Shown one piece after another: positions 26,637 through 41,032 of a DNA stretch of 64,000 bases (positions are counted from its first letter, which is position 1; each line of letters starts with the position of its first letter). The position numbers and the translations under genes are program-made. The notes below the pieces were generated by a model. The model worked only from the letters and a program-made list of their open reading frames with translations. It was not told where the DNA came from and ran no database searches. Source of the DNA: Flectonema sp. DT1601 (lineage: Eukaryota); the NCBI GenBank assembly GCA_964019425.1, contig OZ025803.1:868001-932000 (forward strand), given 5' to 3'.

Positions 26637-29600
26637 CTACATTCCCTTAAGTGTTATAACGTATATGTTACCCATCGAGTCTCCAAGGACAACCTGTGTG
26701 TGTTGTGTGTGTTGTTATGTATTGTGTTTCTTTTTTTGTTTTTTTTCAGATTCAAACAATACGGTGAAAGAGCAGTAAGGTGTGTCAGTTCCAACACCTT
26801 AAAAACTATGAAGAAGAATAATAACTATTAAGCATCCTGTAGCTATTCAGAACAGAATACAACGCAAGCGTCCGCCGCCGCAAAGAAATAAGCCGGCTGA
26901 ACGAGTAAGACGTGGGCAGCCAAGCCAGTAACAAACCAACGACAGAGAACGACAGAAGTCGCGGGGAAAAGCACAACTCCGTAACAAGACTGGGACCTTC
27001 CAGTTAAAGATCATCGCAAAGGTCGCTGACACGGCGGCAGTTTTGCTACTCCCACCAATCCCAGCTCCGACGTCGCAACAACGGTCGCTTAACGACCATC
27101 ACAATTGAAGACCCTGGTGACGGGACATTAATTCAAGTTTCAATGCTTATGGATGGAAAGTGTGGCAACAACAGCGACATTCATCAAAAGCGGACAACAC
27201 GACGGAAAAGGAAAAGCCATCGCAAGGAAAATGCCAAACATACCTTGTCGTGACTCGAACTTGCTAGACAATAAACTGGTGCGCGTGTGTAAAATGTAAG
27301 TACCTGAATGTTTTTTTTTTTTTTTTTTTTTTTTTTCCACCCCTTCTTCTTCATCTTCTTAATTCAACTAAAAACGACAACAAACCTCTTCACCAGTTGA
27401 CCTATCGAATATAATAACAGTTCGTAAGTTACAAGATGCAATGATGTAGTTTCCAAAGTCACCTGGGCAGGCGCTGCAAAGAGTCCACGTGAATCTCTTC
27501 TTCGTTCGGGTAATTGGAAGGGCCATCTGATTGTTGTGTTTGTTGTTGTTTTTATTGTTATCATTCTCCAACTGTGGCGGCAACTACACACCTGAATGTT
27601 CTCAACGTGCATTGATAGTTTGCATGCACCTGTCTTTACGTCCCAAAGTTTTATTTCATTCTCATCGTTTGACAGAATTTGTTTTCCATCCGGAAGGTAC
27701 CGACATCCTAGAACGATACCACTGTGGCCCTTTAATACTTTGACACTTTGACCATTTGAGGCAGACCAGATTCTAACGGTTCTGTTTTTTTTTGTTTTAT
27801 TATTTTTTGTTTCCCCCCCAGGCTGTTTAATTACGGTACACTGTGTGTGTGTACACTCTGTGGTTGTATAAAATTGACAGCTCTCAGAGAATTAGTTAAG
27901 AATTAGTTAACGAGATCAGCAACTCCATCTCAAAAACAGATTTGAGTGACAACATAAATACGTAAAGTGTTGGTAAGGTACATACTTATCAGCAGATGCG
28001 GAAACAATATTTTTATCATCCGGAGCGAAGTCTAGTGAGATGATGATGGCAGTGTGTTCGGTGAAAGCACTTCTTTCTTTACCTTTTTTAGTATCCCAGA
28101 CTCTGCAAACTTTGTCTTGGCATCCAGAAACGATGAGTCTTCCTGATTTCGACCAGGCACAACAAATGACTACTTTATCGTGTTCAAACTGAAGAAGTAC
28201 CTTAGCAGTGATAGCATCCCATAATATAAGATTCTGATCACGACTTGTGGTGGCCACGTGTTTTTGATCTGAACTGAACGCGACTGATGTCAAAGTGTCA
28301 TCGTGTCCTGAGAAGCTGACCATTTCCTTACCAGAGTTAATATCTGATAAGACTACCAACACATCTTCATGAGAACAGGATAAGATGTGTCTCTCGTCAG
28401 GTGATATGGCAACACACTTCACACGAGCAGCGTGACCAATTAAATACTTTATTGTGTAATTAACAATTGCTAAACCTTGAGCCTTTGGTTCCTTCTTAGG
28501 TACGTCTAATGCTAGTTTCTTCTTACCAGGTTGAAGTCGTTGAGGTTCGTGTTTGCGAACAGTCTCTTCATCAACTCCGATAGCAAAGTCACCAAATGCG
28601 AAGTCGAGAGCAGCAGCACCACCAGAACTGCTAGCACCGTAACCGCTGTAGTCGTAGCTGCCTCCTGTTGTGTCGATTGCAAAGTCTCCAAAGTGAAACA
28701 CTCCTTGATCATCAACAATCTTTGTGGGTTCTATTTCGTCATTAATATTAACACTCAGTCTTCTCTTCCTACCTCCGTATGTCTTCTTCTTGCCTCCAGT
28801 TTTTTCATCTTCAATACCCGCCAAATCCTGCATGAAGACATCGTCTGCAGCGTCATCGATATTAGGATCTGGTTTTGGTACTGTGCAGTCACCCCATGTG
28901 AAGAAATGACCACTTGATTTTCTTCTGTGTGATTTTGTCTTTTTTAGGCCCTCTTTTTCGTTCTCTTTTGATTGAGCTTCTTCCTCTTGGTTCATGTGCT
29001 CACGTAGGACTCGCTTCTCGGCTTCGGTTGCTTCACCAGCAAGGAAGGCTTCACGAGCTTGTTCTAAAGAGACGGGAGTTGCATCGAGTGCATTTACAAT
29101 AGACTCATTACATTGTTGTAACTTACTCAAACATGGATGAGTGTGATTGTTACAAACTGAAAATAGTTCCTGCAGACCTGCCCCGTTACTTCCAAGACTG
29201 AAGTCAGTGTAGGCAGAATTCTCTCCTTTTATTTGATAAAACACACATCTCAAACCTCTTTTACTTAACAACGGTCGTTCTTGTGCTACTGAAAATAGAG
29301 CAGACAACCCGGGTAGTCGTCTGTGTCGTTCATCACCTTGCCATATGTCGTAAAATCTTGAGTATTGCTTTTCCAGCATGTTGAGGATATTCTCATCTGT
29401 TCCTTTAAATATTTCATCAGGACCGGGTAGGCCATCAACGTTTGATGTGGCTTCCGGTAGTTGAGCAACCAACACAGAATGCAATAAAGATACTAAATTA
29501 ACTGCGAGACATTGTTGTTTTGCAATGGCTGTTGCTTTACTTCCCTCTGCCAGGCTGTCTAGTCCAAGAGGCTTTCTTGTGACAGTTTTATGATGAATTG

Positions 29601-29709
29601 GTTCGATGACAGGATGTCGAACTCCAACCTTCTTCAACACGTCTGGTGGTGTTCCTCCTGAGCGGCCTTTTCGCATCGCCTGAAACGGAGATCCGACGTA
29701 AACTGCCAT
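26637..29709 (-). CDS. WD40-repeat protein, 5 exons
   Basis: WD40 units in exon 1 continue through manually found exons (TVRIWSASNG…, MALPIT…, VLTFYTRAPV…, VVLGDSMGNIYVITLKGM*); last intron 26694-27243. Confidence 0.8.
26850..27160 (+). mobile_element. Putative decayed LINE APE-endonuclease fragment, antisense within an intron
   Basis: GC-rich block in a 550-nt intron; plus-strand words HGG/AVLLL, NGRLTTITIE, IQV/FNAYG in APE-like order, with frameshifts and stops. Confidence 0.35.
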
Positions 29710-30102
29710 CCCTCACCTCCCCGCTCCTGATTGTTAAAAAAATAACATAACTAAATCAATCATATTCACACTAAAAAACAGTTTTTCTACACATCCAAGG
29801 GTCACTATTTTTGTTGTATTTTTTACTGTAGAAAGTAATAGTCAGTAAGGAAGAGAGAACTTTATTATTTTTAAATTTATAAATCAACCAGAGAGCACAC
29901 CAGGTGGTTCTACTGCTCAAGGTGGTGAAAGAAAAAATAAAAATAGTAAAAAGATAATAAACAATCATCCAGAGGAAACCAGACGAAAAAAAAAAAAAAA
30001 AATTATTACAAAAATAATAAAAATATGACTTCACTTGTTAGGGGAAGCATCGGAAGAGTACAAGATCTTTCTTGAATTTATAATATATGAGATAATTGGA
30101 CT

Positions 30103-31492
30103 TCAGCGATAAGGCATCGTAGCCAATCTTCGTTTCGTCTTGTCGCTTCCCAACTTCGGAGCTGCTGAATTACGTAAATGAAATAGGTCTGTATTCAACC
30201 GATCTAACGGAGTAAACAACTTTCCATACTCAACTTCTCTGAGGTGAGAGTTAGTTGAAAGCTTCTTCGGTGTTCCTCTCGATGTGGATGGTGACGGAGG
30301 AAACTGCGATGGAATTTTCATCTGCGGCTTTCGTTTCTTAGATCCGTTAGGTGATCGGAGCTGTTGGTGTTGAATTGAAATTCGATTATCAAAAAATAAA
30401 ATATTTACAAGAAATTGAACATACGAAATTAGCCCACCCTGCTGCTGTTTCACTGACAGTGTCCTGACGTGCCATCTTTGGTTTCCCTGAGTAATAACCT
30501 TTAAATACTTGAGAGGTGCTGGTGTTGTGTCTGGGTCGCGCTCCTCGACTGTATTGAGAAGGCGGTACGTGTGACTCCACAACTCCAACAGGAGTTCCAT
30601 TTCTAGGTAACAATGGAGATGTCCTACCAGGAGGAATAACATATTCAAAAGGAACAATCCTCGACATCATCGGCTCTCGGTGTGGTATCGGCGCTACCAA
30701 CGACGCATGCGGAGGGGATGCCAGGTCACCTTCCATTCGGGGCATCACAGGAGACAGCTCACCACCGATTGGTATTTCTTTAATATAATCCAACGGATTT
30801 ACTGCTAATGAAGTAACACTTGTTGGTACTCCGAGTGGAACACTAATTGGAACAACACCATCTTCTACTCTAACAGGACTCAACTGAACTTCAACAGGAG
30901 GCTGTCTCGGTAGAGCTGGCGACATCAACAACTCTGGTGATTCAACTTCTCTTCGATTTGGAGAAACAGATGCATGCTGAGGACTACCTCCTCTGTTGTG
31001 TTCAGAAACTAGTCTGTGAATCTCTTGTATTCTCGCTGTTGATCTCGCAAGAGCATCACTCACTTCTCTGGCACGAGTTTGACGAGTCATCTGCCAGCTT
31101 GGCATACATTCGATTGGATTAGTTTCTTGCTGTTGGTGATGTCGTTGGATTATTTCCTTAATTACCCTCTAATAAGAACTAGTAGTAATACATACCCATT
31201 TTTGACGCCCACGAGCTGCTTCTTCCAACCGAGCGATGGCTCCAACTTGTGAGTCGACATCGCCGCTGGTTGATGCGACTTTTAGGAAAGCAGGATTGTA
31301 GCACTCAATATGTGATTGATAAATACCTTTCCCAGCAGTGTTGTCGCTATCGTCGAATCCATATTCAGGTGGTGGAGGAGGTACCCATTCGTGGAGTGGC
31401 TGACCCTCTCTTGCGAGTTCCATCTGAAGTGCAATGATATCAACATCAGCAGCCTCGACATCCCTTCTTAGATCACTCAATCGGGTACTCAT
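30103..31492 (-). CDS. Multi-exon P/S-rich hypothetical protein
   Basis: Three consecutive minus-strand ORFs separated by GTATG…ACAG introns near 31130-31195 and 30361-30424. Confidence 0.6.
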
Positions 31493-32998
31493 TTTAAGTG
31501 AAGGGGGGGCATTTATACTTTTGTTGTAAGTGGGTGTTATTATATCACATTATCAAAGTAAATCGGCTACGGCCATTCGATAGGATTGTTCTTTACTTTT
31601 ATATTTTTGTAGATTCTAGACTGACGTCAGACTGATATTCTCATTCTAGATTTTAAAAAAATAATAACTTAAAATAGAAATAGTGTTCCCCAACACACCA
31701 ATATAAAATAAATCCCTACAACAATCACAACAACACGACGACGTAGTGGCAGGGCAACATTTGAAATGAACTTTTTTTTTTCTTTCTTTTTTTTTTTTTT
31801 CGTTGGTTTAACAAGTGAATGGCAAACTTCTTCAACACTACTCTGCCACTGTGTTTGACCACTCGAACTAGACGCTAGTGGAAAGAAAATGATTTTTTGA
31901 CGAAAGAAATGCTTCAAAAAAGGAATATCAGTACCACATTAGATACTACATCGCAGATTCCCGCAGAAATACCAAAAGGGTTTTCTTCTTTTTTTTTTTT
32001 GTTAAATACTACCGGTGTTTTACTTCTATCACCACCGCTTTTCAATTGTTACTAAAAATATGTTTGTCGAAATCAAAGGAAAGCGATAATTCAAAAAGGA
32101 AAAAAAAAAAAAAAAAAAAAAAAGAGGGGAAAGAATGCTTCATAAAGCAAAGTATCACACACCACTTTCTAATCGTCAAAAAGTTATGAAGACGAACAAG
32201 GTAAGAAGTGGGTAGCAAGCATCTCTCGTCAACTATAACTGAAGACCAAGAGGTTGTTATCAGTCGTCTTTTATGTCACAATAAAATTACTCGAAATAGG
32301 TAGTAAATTTGTGCTGTAAGCAACTAATAAGTCAATAGGTCCTTGAGGCGGTCAATAATCACAAGATTTTTTTTTCTTACTGTTCAACAGAACGTAAGCA
32401 AAAAAGACTTTGTCAAGAGCGGATTCACACCTTGGAATGACTTATCGTTTTCCTTAATAGTGGCTGACTGATAACTTTATAGGTCGTGGGCTGCCACTTC
32501 CCATTTTTTTTTTTAAAAAAAAAAAAAAAAGATTTAATAAGAAAAGAGGACCAAGTCACCCACTAATAACCAAAAAAAGCGAATTCTTTTTCTTTTTTTT
32601 TTTTTTTCCCTAACAAAATCAAATCCAGAAAATACAAAACCAAAACATAACCACAAGTTTTCTAGGGGGGTTAATTGCTTGAGCATATTTACAATAACAT
32701 AAATATAAGTACCGGTAACAAAAAAGTTAACTAATATAAAAACGATTAGTAATTAATGAAACACGTTGACTAAAGGTAATGTTTGTATAGGTAGGCCACA
32801 TTATTATCTGCATACATCTCTTTCCTGTTGTTATTCAGTGAAGTACAGAACTGAGTTATTGTTAAGTAACCTTGGGAAATCAAAAACCAGGGCACAGCGT
32901 AACATGGCAGAGAATGTATGTATGGGTCACCTATTACTGTGTGGGGAGGAATTTTTTTTTTTTTTTTTTTTTTTTCTTCTTTGGGAAAAAAAAATGCA

Positions 32999-33031
<33 letters not shown>

Positions 33032-33864
33032 AGTATCACGTTGGTGATTAAAAAAAGACTAAACGGCCGGGACAATCACCGCGTAGCATGTGTACATCAC
33101 AAAGAAAACATCGCATTCGTATCTCAATATAAGACGGAGAGTCTCACTATCAGTTTTTTTTACTACGCGACCAACTGCCAAACTACTTGTTTATCATCTC
33201 ATGGAATACGTTAAATTAGACAAAGAAAAAAAAAAAAGAAGAAAAAAAATGTTATCTGCGCCAACACGTTAAAACTGATGCAAGTGACCACACAATGTTT
33301 TCACAGGATCAGAATAATAAACAACAAGGAAAGCAATGGTTCGAAACCCGATCGAAAGGCCCAATTGCGAAGACTCCCCCTAAACCTTTAAAAAAAAAAA
33401 TATAAAAAAAAACGTTCTGCCGCTGTTTGTTTGTTTCTACAATAATTTATATAAAAACGAGTTTTTCCTCCCTTATTCAAGGGATATAATTGTAAGTACA
33501 AAAAAAAAAAAAAAAACGCGCTAAATAAGTCTATTTGTGACTAAATACGAAGTCACCGAAACGATTGCCCGTCAGATAGTTAAAACCGACGTCTGGAAAA
33601 AAAGTTGTTTTTTTTTTGTTGTTGTTTTATTTTCAATGTAACGCTACGGATTCAGCGCTCGCTTCACTTATTCGATTCAAGAAGATAGCACTATTTACAC
33701 CCACCTGGTTCTGTTCTTATACCCTATTCTTTTAATAAAGTTATAGTATGGATATATTTGATCTGAAATAATATATAAACCCAATCACTATCAGTACCGA
33801 GAAGGGGCATTTCTCACGACAGGCTTGCCAGCAGTGAGTCACGTTTTTAAACAACGAAGCAAAA

Positions 33865-36800
33865 TTAAACCTTACCAGATGAAAAGACGTATCCCTTTGA
33901 GGACGAAGGAGATTGTCTTACACTTCTCGAGGATGCTTCACTGGATGGAGGTGGTGGAGGTTTTCTCTTTCCTGATGTCAGCTGTGGAGGTGGAGGTGGC
34001 TTTTGCTGCTCACCAGACATCCCTGGCTGTGAAAAGGTGTGTCGAGGAGTGACCTCTGGTATTGTTATCATTTTTTTACCACCCGCAAAGAATGTATTTG
34101 CAGGAACAACAGGAAAGTTATGCTTATAAGTAGGCGATTGGCCTCCTGAAGTACCCCCTGCAGTAGGACTGTTCTGAAAAGAGGAATGACTTCGCTGGTC
34201 ATCTTCGGGTATCTTCTTCCTCTGAGGCAGTGCGTGAGGTTGACTTTCCCTTGCTGCTTCTAATGCTGCGATTTTCTTCTTTAATGACGCAGTTTGTGAT
34301 TCCATTTCCTTTACTTTTGCTAGCCTAGCAGTTTCGGATGGACTGATCCTTTTCTTTTCAGAAAATGGTAAGAAAGAATCACTCGAATCGCTACTATTCC
34401 ACTGGAGTGGATTTATTACTTTTGTCAACGGACTTAGCGACGAAGATCTGGACGCCGGTGAAAATTTCAACGTCTGTCTCTGTGCCACCAGTGATGAAAT
34501 GGTATCAAAATCACTTACAGATCGAGGAGGAGGTATCGGAGGTGATTTCTTAACCTTCTTCTTTTTTCCCGATGAGGGATCTGAACTGACAACCGACTTT
34601 ACATCTTCGTCAGGTTTGACCGGTTTTTCAATAAATCTTGATGCCCTCTTGACACCAGAAGGCGCCTCAACTCCAAACGCCAAACTAAGTGAGACCCTTC
34701 CCCAGTAAGGAGATCTTAAGCTACTCCAGAGTACGATACTTTTGACTTTCTGACGAAGTCTTCCCCATCGACGTCTACTTCTGGTAGAAGCGTTATCAGG
34801 GGCTTCGATTTGAAATAAATATGCGCGATTGCTGAAACTTGCAAACTTGTATGTGCTAGGGATCATTGCGGGAAATTTAATTTTGTCTTGACCTTCATAT
34901 TCAAAACAAACACCTCTAAGTAAGATTGAATATTGTGTTTCAGGTTTTAGTTTGTGAGTTCTAATTGAATCCCATTCTGAGTCCACTTCTTGAATTTGAG
35001 CACCAGATCCGGACACGGCGTATTTTCGTATTTCTGAAGTTGACCATTTTTCAAATTGTGGTTCCAAAGCCATTAGGATGCGAGCAGCCTGAACACCACA
35101 TTCTTGCCAGAGAGACTCAGCGATTGAAGGATTGCTTTTCATCGCAGCAGTTATCTTATTAGCTTTGAGAAATATAACATGGCAAGCACTACTTGTCACG
35201 ATGTCATCAAAACGACTACTTTCAGTGAGAAGTGATTGAAGACCAAGTGTGTAACTCGCTCCATATCTAAAGATCTTTCTTCCGAGACGGATTTCAACTA
35301 TTCCGCTAACAAGAAAGTAAAGTCCTCCGAGGCCTTCAGGACTGTTGACGGATACCTTTTCAGGAATTATCATACCCGATCCCAGAAATAATGTTCTCAA
35401 TATATTCTGACCGGACTCATCAATTCTTTGAAACCACGGAGCCATCTCAAGAGCTGATTCGTCATCTGGTAGATTAAGTTTTGATGGAAATTTTTGTTGT
35501 AAATTCTTCATTCTCAACTCAATCATACTTACTAACTCTGCTCTGTCTTGATCATCAAGTCTTCCCTCCGCATGCATATCGGCGACTATCAATTTCATTC
35601 CATTGAGTACAGACCTACTAGTGTGTTTAGTTTTGATACTCGTACTAATAGTAGCTGCTGAGTCAGTGTATATATTAATTAGATGACCTGTTTGAGTGAT
35701 CGCACGCTTACAGTGTGTCTCAATACGAGATGCTACGTGTGTTTCACAAACAGGTCTAATACGAGCCTTTGCATAAGTGTGACAGGCTACAAAACCTAAA
35801 CAGATATCCAGAGCTTGAACAAGACGTTGTTGAGAACCAGTTCCAGTAAGGGATGAGAATCTGCTTGGTTCAAAGAATTGTTTTAAATCAGCAGGGTCTA
35901 ATAATCCTGATTCATCTCTCTCTTGAGAAACGATCACTAAGTGATGCAAATCTCTAACAGCATCTGGTCCCAACTGACCCTGAGCATACTGGCTGTGAAT
36001 ACATCCCTGTATAGCGTTATAATACGCACAACGACCTTCTTCCCAACTCTTCTCTTCGTACTTTTCGTCACATTTATCAAAACATCTTTCACCCTTTAAC
36101 ATGTATGGGTTTTGATGTTTGTCAGAGAGTTCTGTTTCAATGTCGGTGTAGCTGTTTTGAGGTTTGTTACATTATGAAAATAAAAAATTATTAAATTAGT
36201 TATCCCAACAAACAATAATAAACACATAGGCATACCGATACACAAGTTCCCAGTTACAGTCGTAGTAAGCGGAGGCTGTCATCTCATTCCAACCAAGAGA
36301 CCGGATGTCTTCTTTTCGGTAGGCTTGGAGTTCTTCGAATCGGTCTCGCATTAGTTTCTTTCTGCGATCTTCAATTTTAGATAATCCAAAGTATACTACT
36401 ATGTATTGTGTTGTCACACCGTTTACACACAATGTTAAAATAACGATACCAGCCACATGAAAAATAAACTTCTCCCTCACAAGAGGAACAACAACTCTAT
36501 CATCCGCTTCAATAATTAAAGCTAACGCCAGACCTACAGCTCCTCGTAGACCTCCCCAAGCAACTAGAATTGTATTACCAACATCTAACTTGTACTCAAA
36601 GCATGAGAATTTCATTAGAACGGCAAATATACCAACGACTAATGCTCTCACGATATTGATGGTGACGTAAATAATACCGAGATATCCAATGTCAGCACCT
36701 GTGATGTTATTCAATGCTTTCATCACTACAATCATTCCAGCTAAGGCAAAGATGCAAGTGTTCGTAAGGTAGACTGTCATTTCCCAAAACTCGTGTAGAT

Positions 36801-38682
36801 AATGCTCAACTTCTGGAGATATGCATTGCCTGAAATACGACATATAACAACCCAACACAACGAGTCCTAAGACACCAGAGACATGAAGGAGACCTTCACA
36901 TACAAAAAAAGTAATATATGCACTTGTCAAGGTGACTGTTATTTCAATAAGCCCGTCGTTAAACACTCTGTTTAAACAGAATACGGTAATCACGGCAATA
37001 ACAAATCCAACTGCCGGACCACCAAGTGACACAATGCAAAACTGAAGGAAGATTTCTGCTATATTATACGGAATAGAGCATTCAGGTATACACGTGCATT
37101 GATCACCACAGGTATCGAATTGAGGAGTGCAACCTCCTCCTTCCCCTCGTTCTACACTTGACTTGAGAACAGTAAAGAAGACAATAGCAGTACCATCATT
37201 AAATAGTGATTCTCCTTCGATCATGGTTGAGATGAGTTTAGACGCTCCAAGTTCTTTTAATAGAGCGACGACGGCAACTGGATCTGTCGCAGATAAAATG
37301 GTACCAAACAACAGACAGGCTGGTAGAGTCCAATCGTATTCAGTAAATGTATATTTCGCTACCAGACCAGTCAATAACGATGATATCATTAATCCTGGAA
37401 CTGCGAGTATCAAACACTGACCCATAACCTTTTTAAACACATGCATCTCCATAGCAAACGCACTTTCAAAAATCAACACCGGCAGAAATATATAAAATAT
37501 CATATGGGGATTCATGTTCGCTAACTGTTCGTACTTATCCATCGTTGAAGCAGCGCCAGGGATCTTATTTAAAGCTCCGTATCCCATACCGACTAAGAAC
37601 ATGACAACTGTGTAAGGTACTTTGGTACCAAGACAGAGGTACCTAACAAATGCTCCCATCGCAAATGTTCCAAAGATTACCAACACATTCCACGGTCTTG
37701 AGTCGTGTTGAATTTCATGGTCAAGAGTGTGGTCGTCCTCGTGACTGACAAGTCCAAAATTCTTAACTGCCTGAAAAGCTAATAACTGAGCCTTCGTTTC
37801 ATTAGAAATATGTTTCGGACAACTTTTCTCAAACCAAGTGAAGTCATCCTTTCTATCAATTTCCCAATGATGTGGAACACATATTCCGAATGCCTGACTG
37901 TGAGCAATTGTTGAACATCTAGGTTTACACTTTCTCAAAGCTGTATCAAAAAAACATCCATTTTGATGTTGGCAGAAGTCACTTTTACTTCGGGGGATTC
38001 CTCGGCAATCTTTGCAGGTATTTCCTTCATAATAACATCCTGTGTTTTCACACTCGGCTTTATCTTTTTTGAGCGTACAGTTTCCATCATCTACCCTCTC
38101 CTGTAAGATTGGTGACAAGGGAGGATCCTTTAAGTGAACTGTGAAAGTACCTCTTGAAGGTCCATGAGCAGCGAATACAGATGAGTCTGGTCTCCCTGTA
38201 CCAGACGCTGAGATGACTGTGATAACACTTGGAGTAGATCCAAAAGTAAAGTAAGGTCTTACAGTTGGTATTGTCATGTTAATTAGTCGTCGACCATTAT
38301 CAACTTCATCAATTGCTGTTGTTAATTGTCTGATCAGATCTCCTTCACCAGCATTTGATAGAAGTCGTTCCTCAACCTTTCTCGAGTCCGCAACTCCGCT
38401 AATAATAATTGCATAAGTGTTGTCCATAATTCCTGATCCGTTCAAGCTCATTGAAATGTTTCCTGGGAAACCAATCCCGATCCATATTCCGAGCATTGTT
38501 TCCACTGTAATTCTCACTTCTCCTCTAGATCCTGCATCAGAATCAACGTATATGTCTAATTTTAATAACCACGGAGCTTCTATGGGACGTTCCTCCTCAC
38601 CGTGAAGCAGCTCCAACTTCCTACATCCTGTCAGCAGTAGTAGTGACAGCAGACATAGTAAAATTAAGGTGTGCCTTGTCAT
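33865..38682 (-). CDS. CPA1 Na+/H+ exchanger (SOS1/SLC9C-like) with N-terminal DOMON-like and Cys-rich ectodomain and C-terminal CNBD-like domain
   Basis: FLPVLIFESAF, SATDPVAVVALLKELG, IEGESLFNDG, WGGLRGAVGLAL; intron 36152-36235 joins the two ORFs in frame; GLYFLVSGIVEI CNBD-like. 3' end may extend by splicing. Confidence 0.9.
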
Positions 38683-38976
38683 TGACACTTCTGTTGAGGA
38701 AAAGGTATAATAAACTAAAGTACTAATTTTCATTATAAAAAACATGTTATAAGAAATCTGTCACAAGAAATAAGTAAAAAAAAAAAAGGAAAGGACGAAA
38801 TCACAGAATGGCGACATCGGCCGGGCTTCTATTTATATGGAAAATATATTTTATATTTATTTTTTTTAGAATAGTTCTCAAAGAATAGTTTAAAATCAAC
38901 AACATAGGAGGATAGGAATTTTATAAAATCTGTAATAAGAAGTTTTGTTGAATTCGTGTTATGTTATCAAACTGAA

Positions 38977-40818
38977 CTACGAAGACATTTGTGTATTCCA
39001 AGCAGTGCTATCTGTTTGTTGTGGTTGTCCTGTTGACCATCCATCTGCATTGGTACCCGTCGACCAGCCAGAAGTTGCTTCCACACCAGTATTCCATCCT
39101 CCAGTATTTGATGCACCTGTATTCCAACCATCAGTAGAAACAGGAGCAGTCACTGCAACTGGTTCAGGCTGAGCAACCGGTGGTGGTGGTGCTTTAGCTG
39201 TCTCAAGACTTGCTTTATACTCCGCTTCTTTAGGTGTTATCTCTTTCAGTCTCTTCCAACCAAATGATGTGCCCTTCGGCATACAAAGAAGTACATCTCC
39301 AGACTCGATAATCTGTAGTGTTATTTATATTGAAACTAGTCTTCACAGGAGGGTGATGTTATTATCAATTGTACAGGGTTGTTATGAAAGATGATAATAA
39401 AAATAATTTAATACCTGCAGTCGTTTCCCGAGGTAAGCACTAGTGAGGGAGGCAGCAGGTGGGACATCATCACGTTTGGTGAATTCGGTAGCGGAACTGA
39501 CGGCTGCGGGTTGCGAAGCTGTCTGTTGCTGTTTTGCAGCCTCCGCCTGTTTGGCCGCTTCTTCTGCTTCCTTTTCGCGGGCCTGCTCAGCAGCCAACTC
39601 TTCAAGTCTTCGCACCTCTGCCTCGGCTGCTTCCTCCTCGCGGGCCTTCTCTTCCGCTTCCTCTTTCTCTTTCTCACAAGCTGCCAGCTCCTCAAGTCTT
39701 CGCTCTTCAGCCTCGGCTGCCTCTTTCTCGCGGGCCAATTGCTCTTGTCTAGCATTCTCTTCCTCCCTCTCGCGAGCAGCCAACTCTTCTAGTCTTCGCT
39801 CTTCAGCTTCAGCTGCCTCCTTCTCAATTTCCAGTTGTTCTTGTCTGGCTCTCTCTTCTGCTTCCTCCTTCTCACGAGCAGCCACTTCCGCTAGTCTTTT
39901 CTCTTCAGCAGCCTCCTTCTCAATCTCCAGTTGTTCTTGTCTGGCCCTCTCTTCTGCTTCTTCCTTCTCACGAGCAGCCACTTCCGCTAATCTTTCCACT
40001 TCAGCTGCCTCCTCGCGAATCAGTTGTTCCTGTCTGGCCTTTTCTTCTGCTTCTTCCTTCTCGCGAGCAGCCAACTCTTCAAGTCTTCGCTCTTCAGCTT
40101 CAGCTGCCTCCTTCTCAAGTGCCAGTTGCTCCTGTCTGGCCCTCTCTTCGGCCTGTTCCTTTTCACGAGCAGCCAACTCCTCGAGCATTTGCTCTTCAGC
40201 TTCGGCTTCCAATCTCTCGTTTTCTTGTTTCTGAAGTCTTTGTACTTCAGCTTCTTCCACTTCAGCTCGGACACGTTTCTCCTCCTCTTCCCTCTGCTCT
40301 TTCTCCTTCAGCTCTTCCTGAAGCTTTATTGCTTCGACTGCTGCTGCTGCGGCTTCAGCTACTTCCTTCTCGTGGACCAGCGATTCTTGTCTGGCCTTCT
40401 CATCGTCTTCTTCCTTCTCGTAAGCAGCCTTTTCCTGTTGAAGCCTCTGCTGTTCAGAAGTTTGAAGCTCTGAGTCTTGTTGTTGAGGGTCAGTTGTAAT
40501 CTCTGAAGGGAATTCTTCTACTTGTTCAGAGGTGGATTTATTATCTACGAGAGGTTCGATGCAATTGAAGTGAGTCGGTCCAGTGGATTCTATTTTTTCA
40601 AACCCTTCGAGAGACTCCATCTGAGGACTGGCATAGTCTGACGTCAGTCGGATGACTTCCTCCTCCAACAGTCGGATGGTTCCTTCTTGATGAGATACCC
40701 TCTCTTGTAGTTCTTTTATTTCATTTCCCTTCTCTACATCTCCTCTCGTTAGACCAACAAGCAGATTAGTTAAGCCAGACATGTGAGCCCTTATGAGTGA
40801 TTCTACATCTTCGTTCAT
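38977..40818 (-). CDS. E/A/R/K-rich repeat coiled-coil protein, 2 exons
   Basis: Degenerate EELAAREKEEAEERARQEQL repeats; intron near 39313-39415 links to the 38977 ORF (GWNTG repeats). Confidence 0.75.
39560..40200. repeat. Coding tandem repeat (~60-80 bp degenerate units)
   Basis: Recurrent cgagcagccaactcttc…tgtctggc units encoding the EELAAREKE motif. Confidence 0.8.
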
Positions 40819-41032
40819 TATAAATTAGTGACAGGCTGAAGGGAATATATATAAATACAAAAGAACCAACGTCAGGGTAATTATTCTCAAAACAGTCCGT
40901 GTGTTCCTGTGCGTGTTTCCTAGAAGTTGAGAGTATGAGTATAACATCAATTAAAGAAAACGAAATAATCACACAAAGGAATCTAAAGTAATAACCAACA
41001 GCTTTAATAAAACATATACGAACAGAGTGGGT

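Noticed and set aside
39443..40499. S/A-rich plus-strand ORFs
   Set aside because: Antisense to the E/A/K repeat gene.
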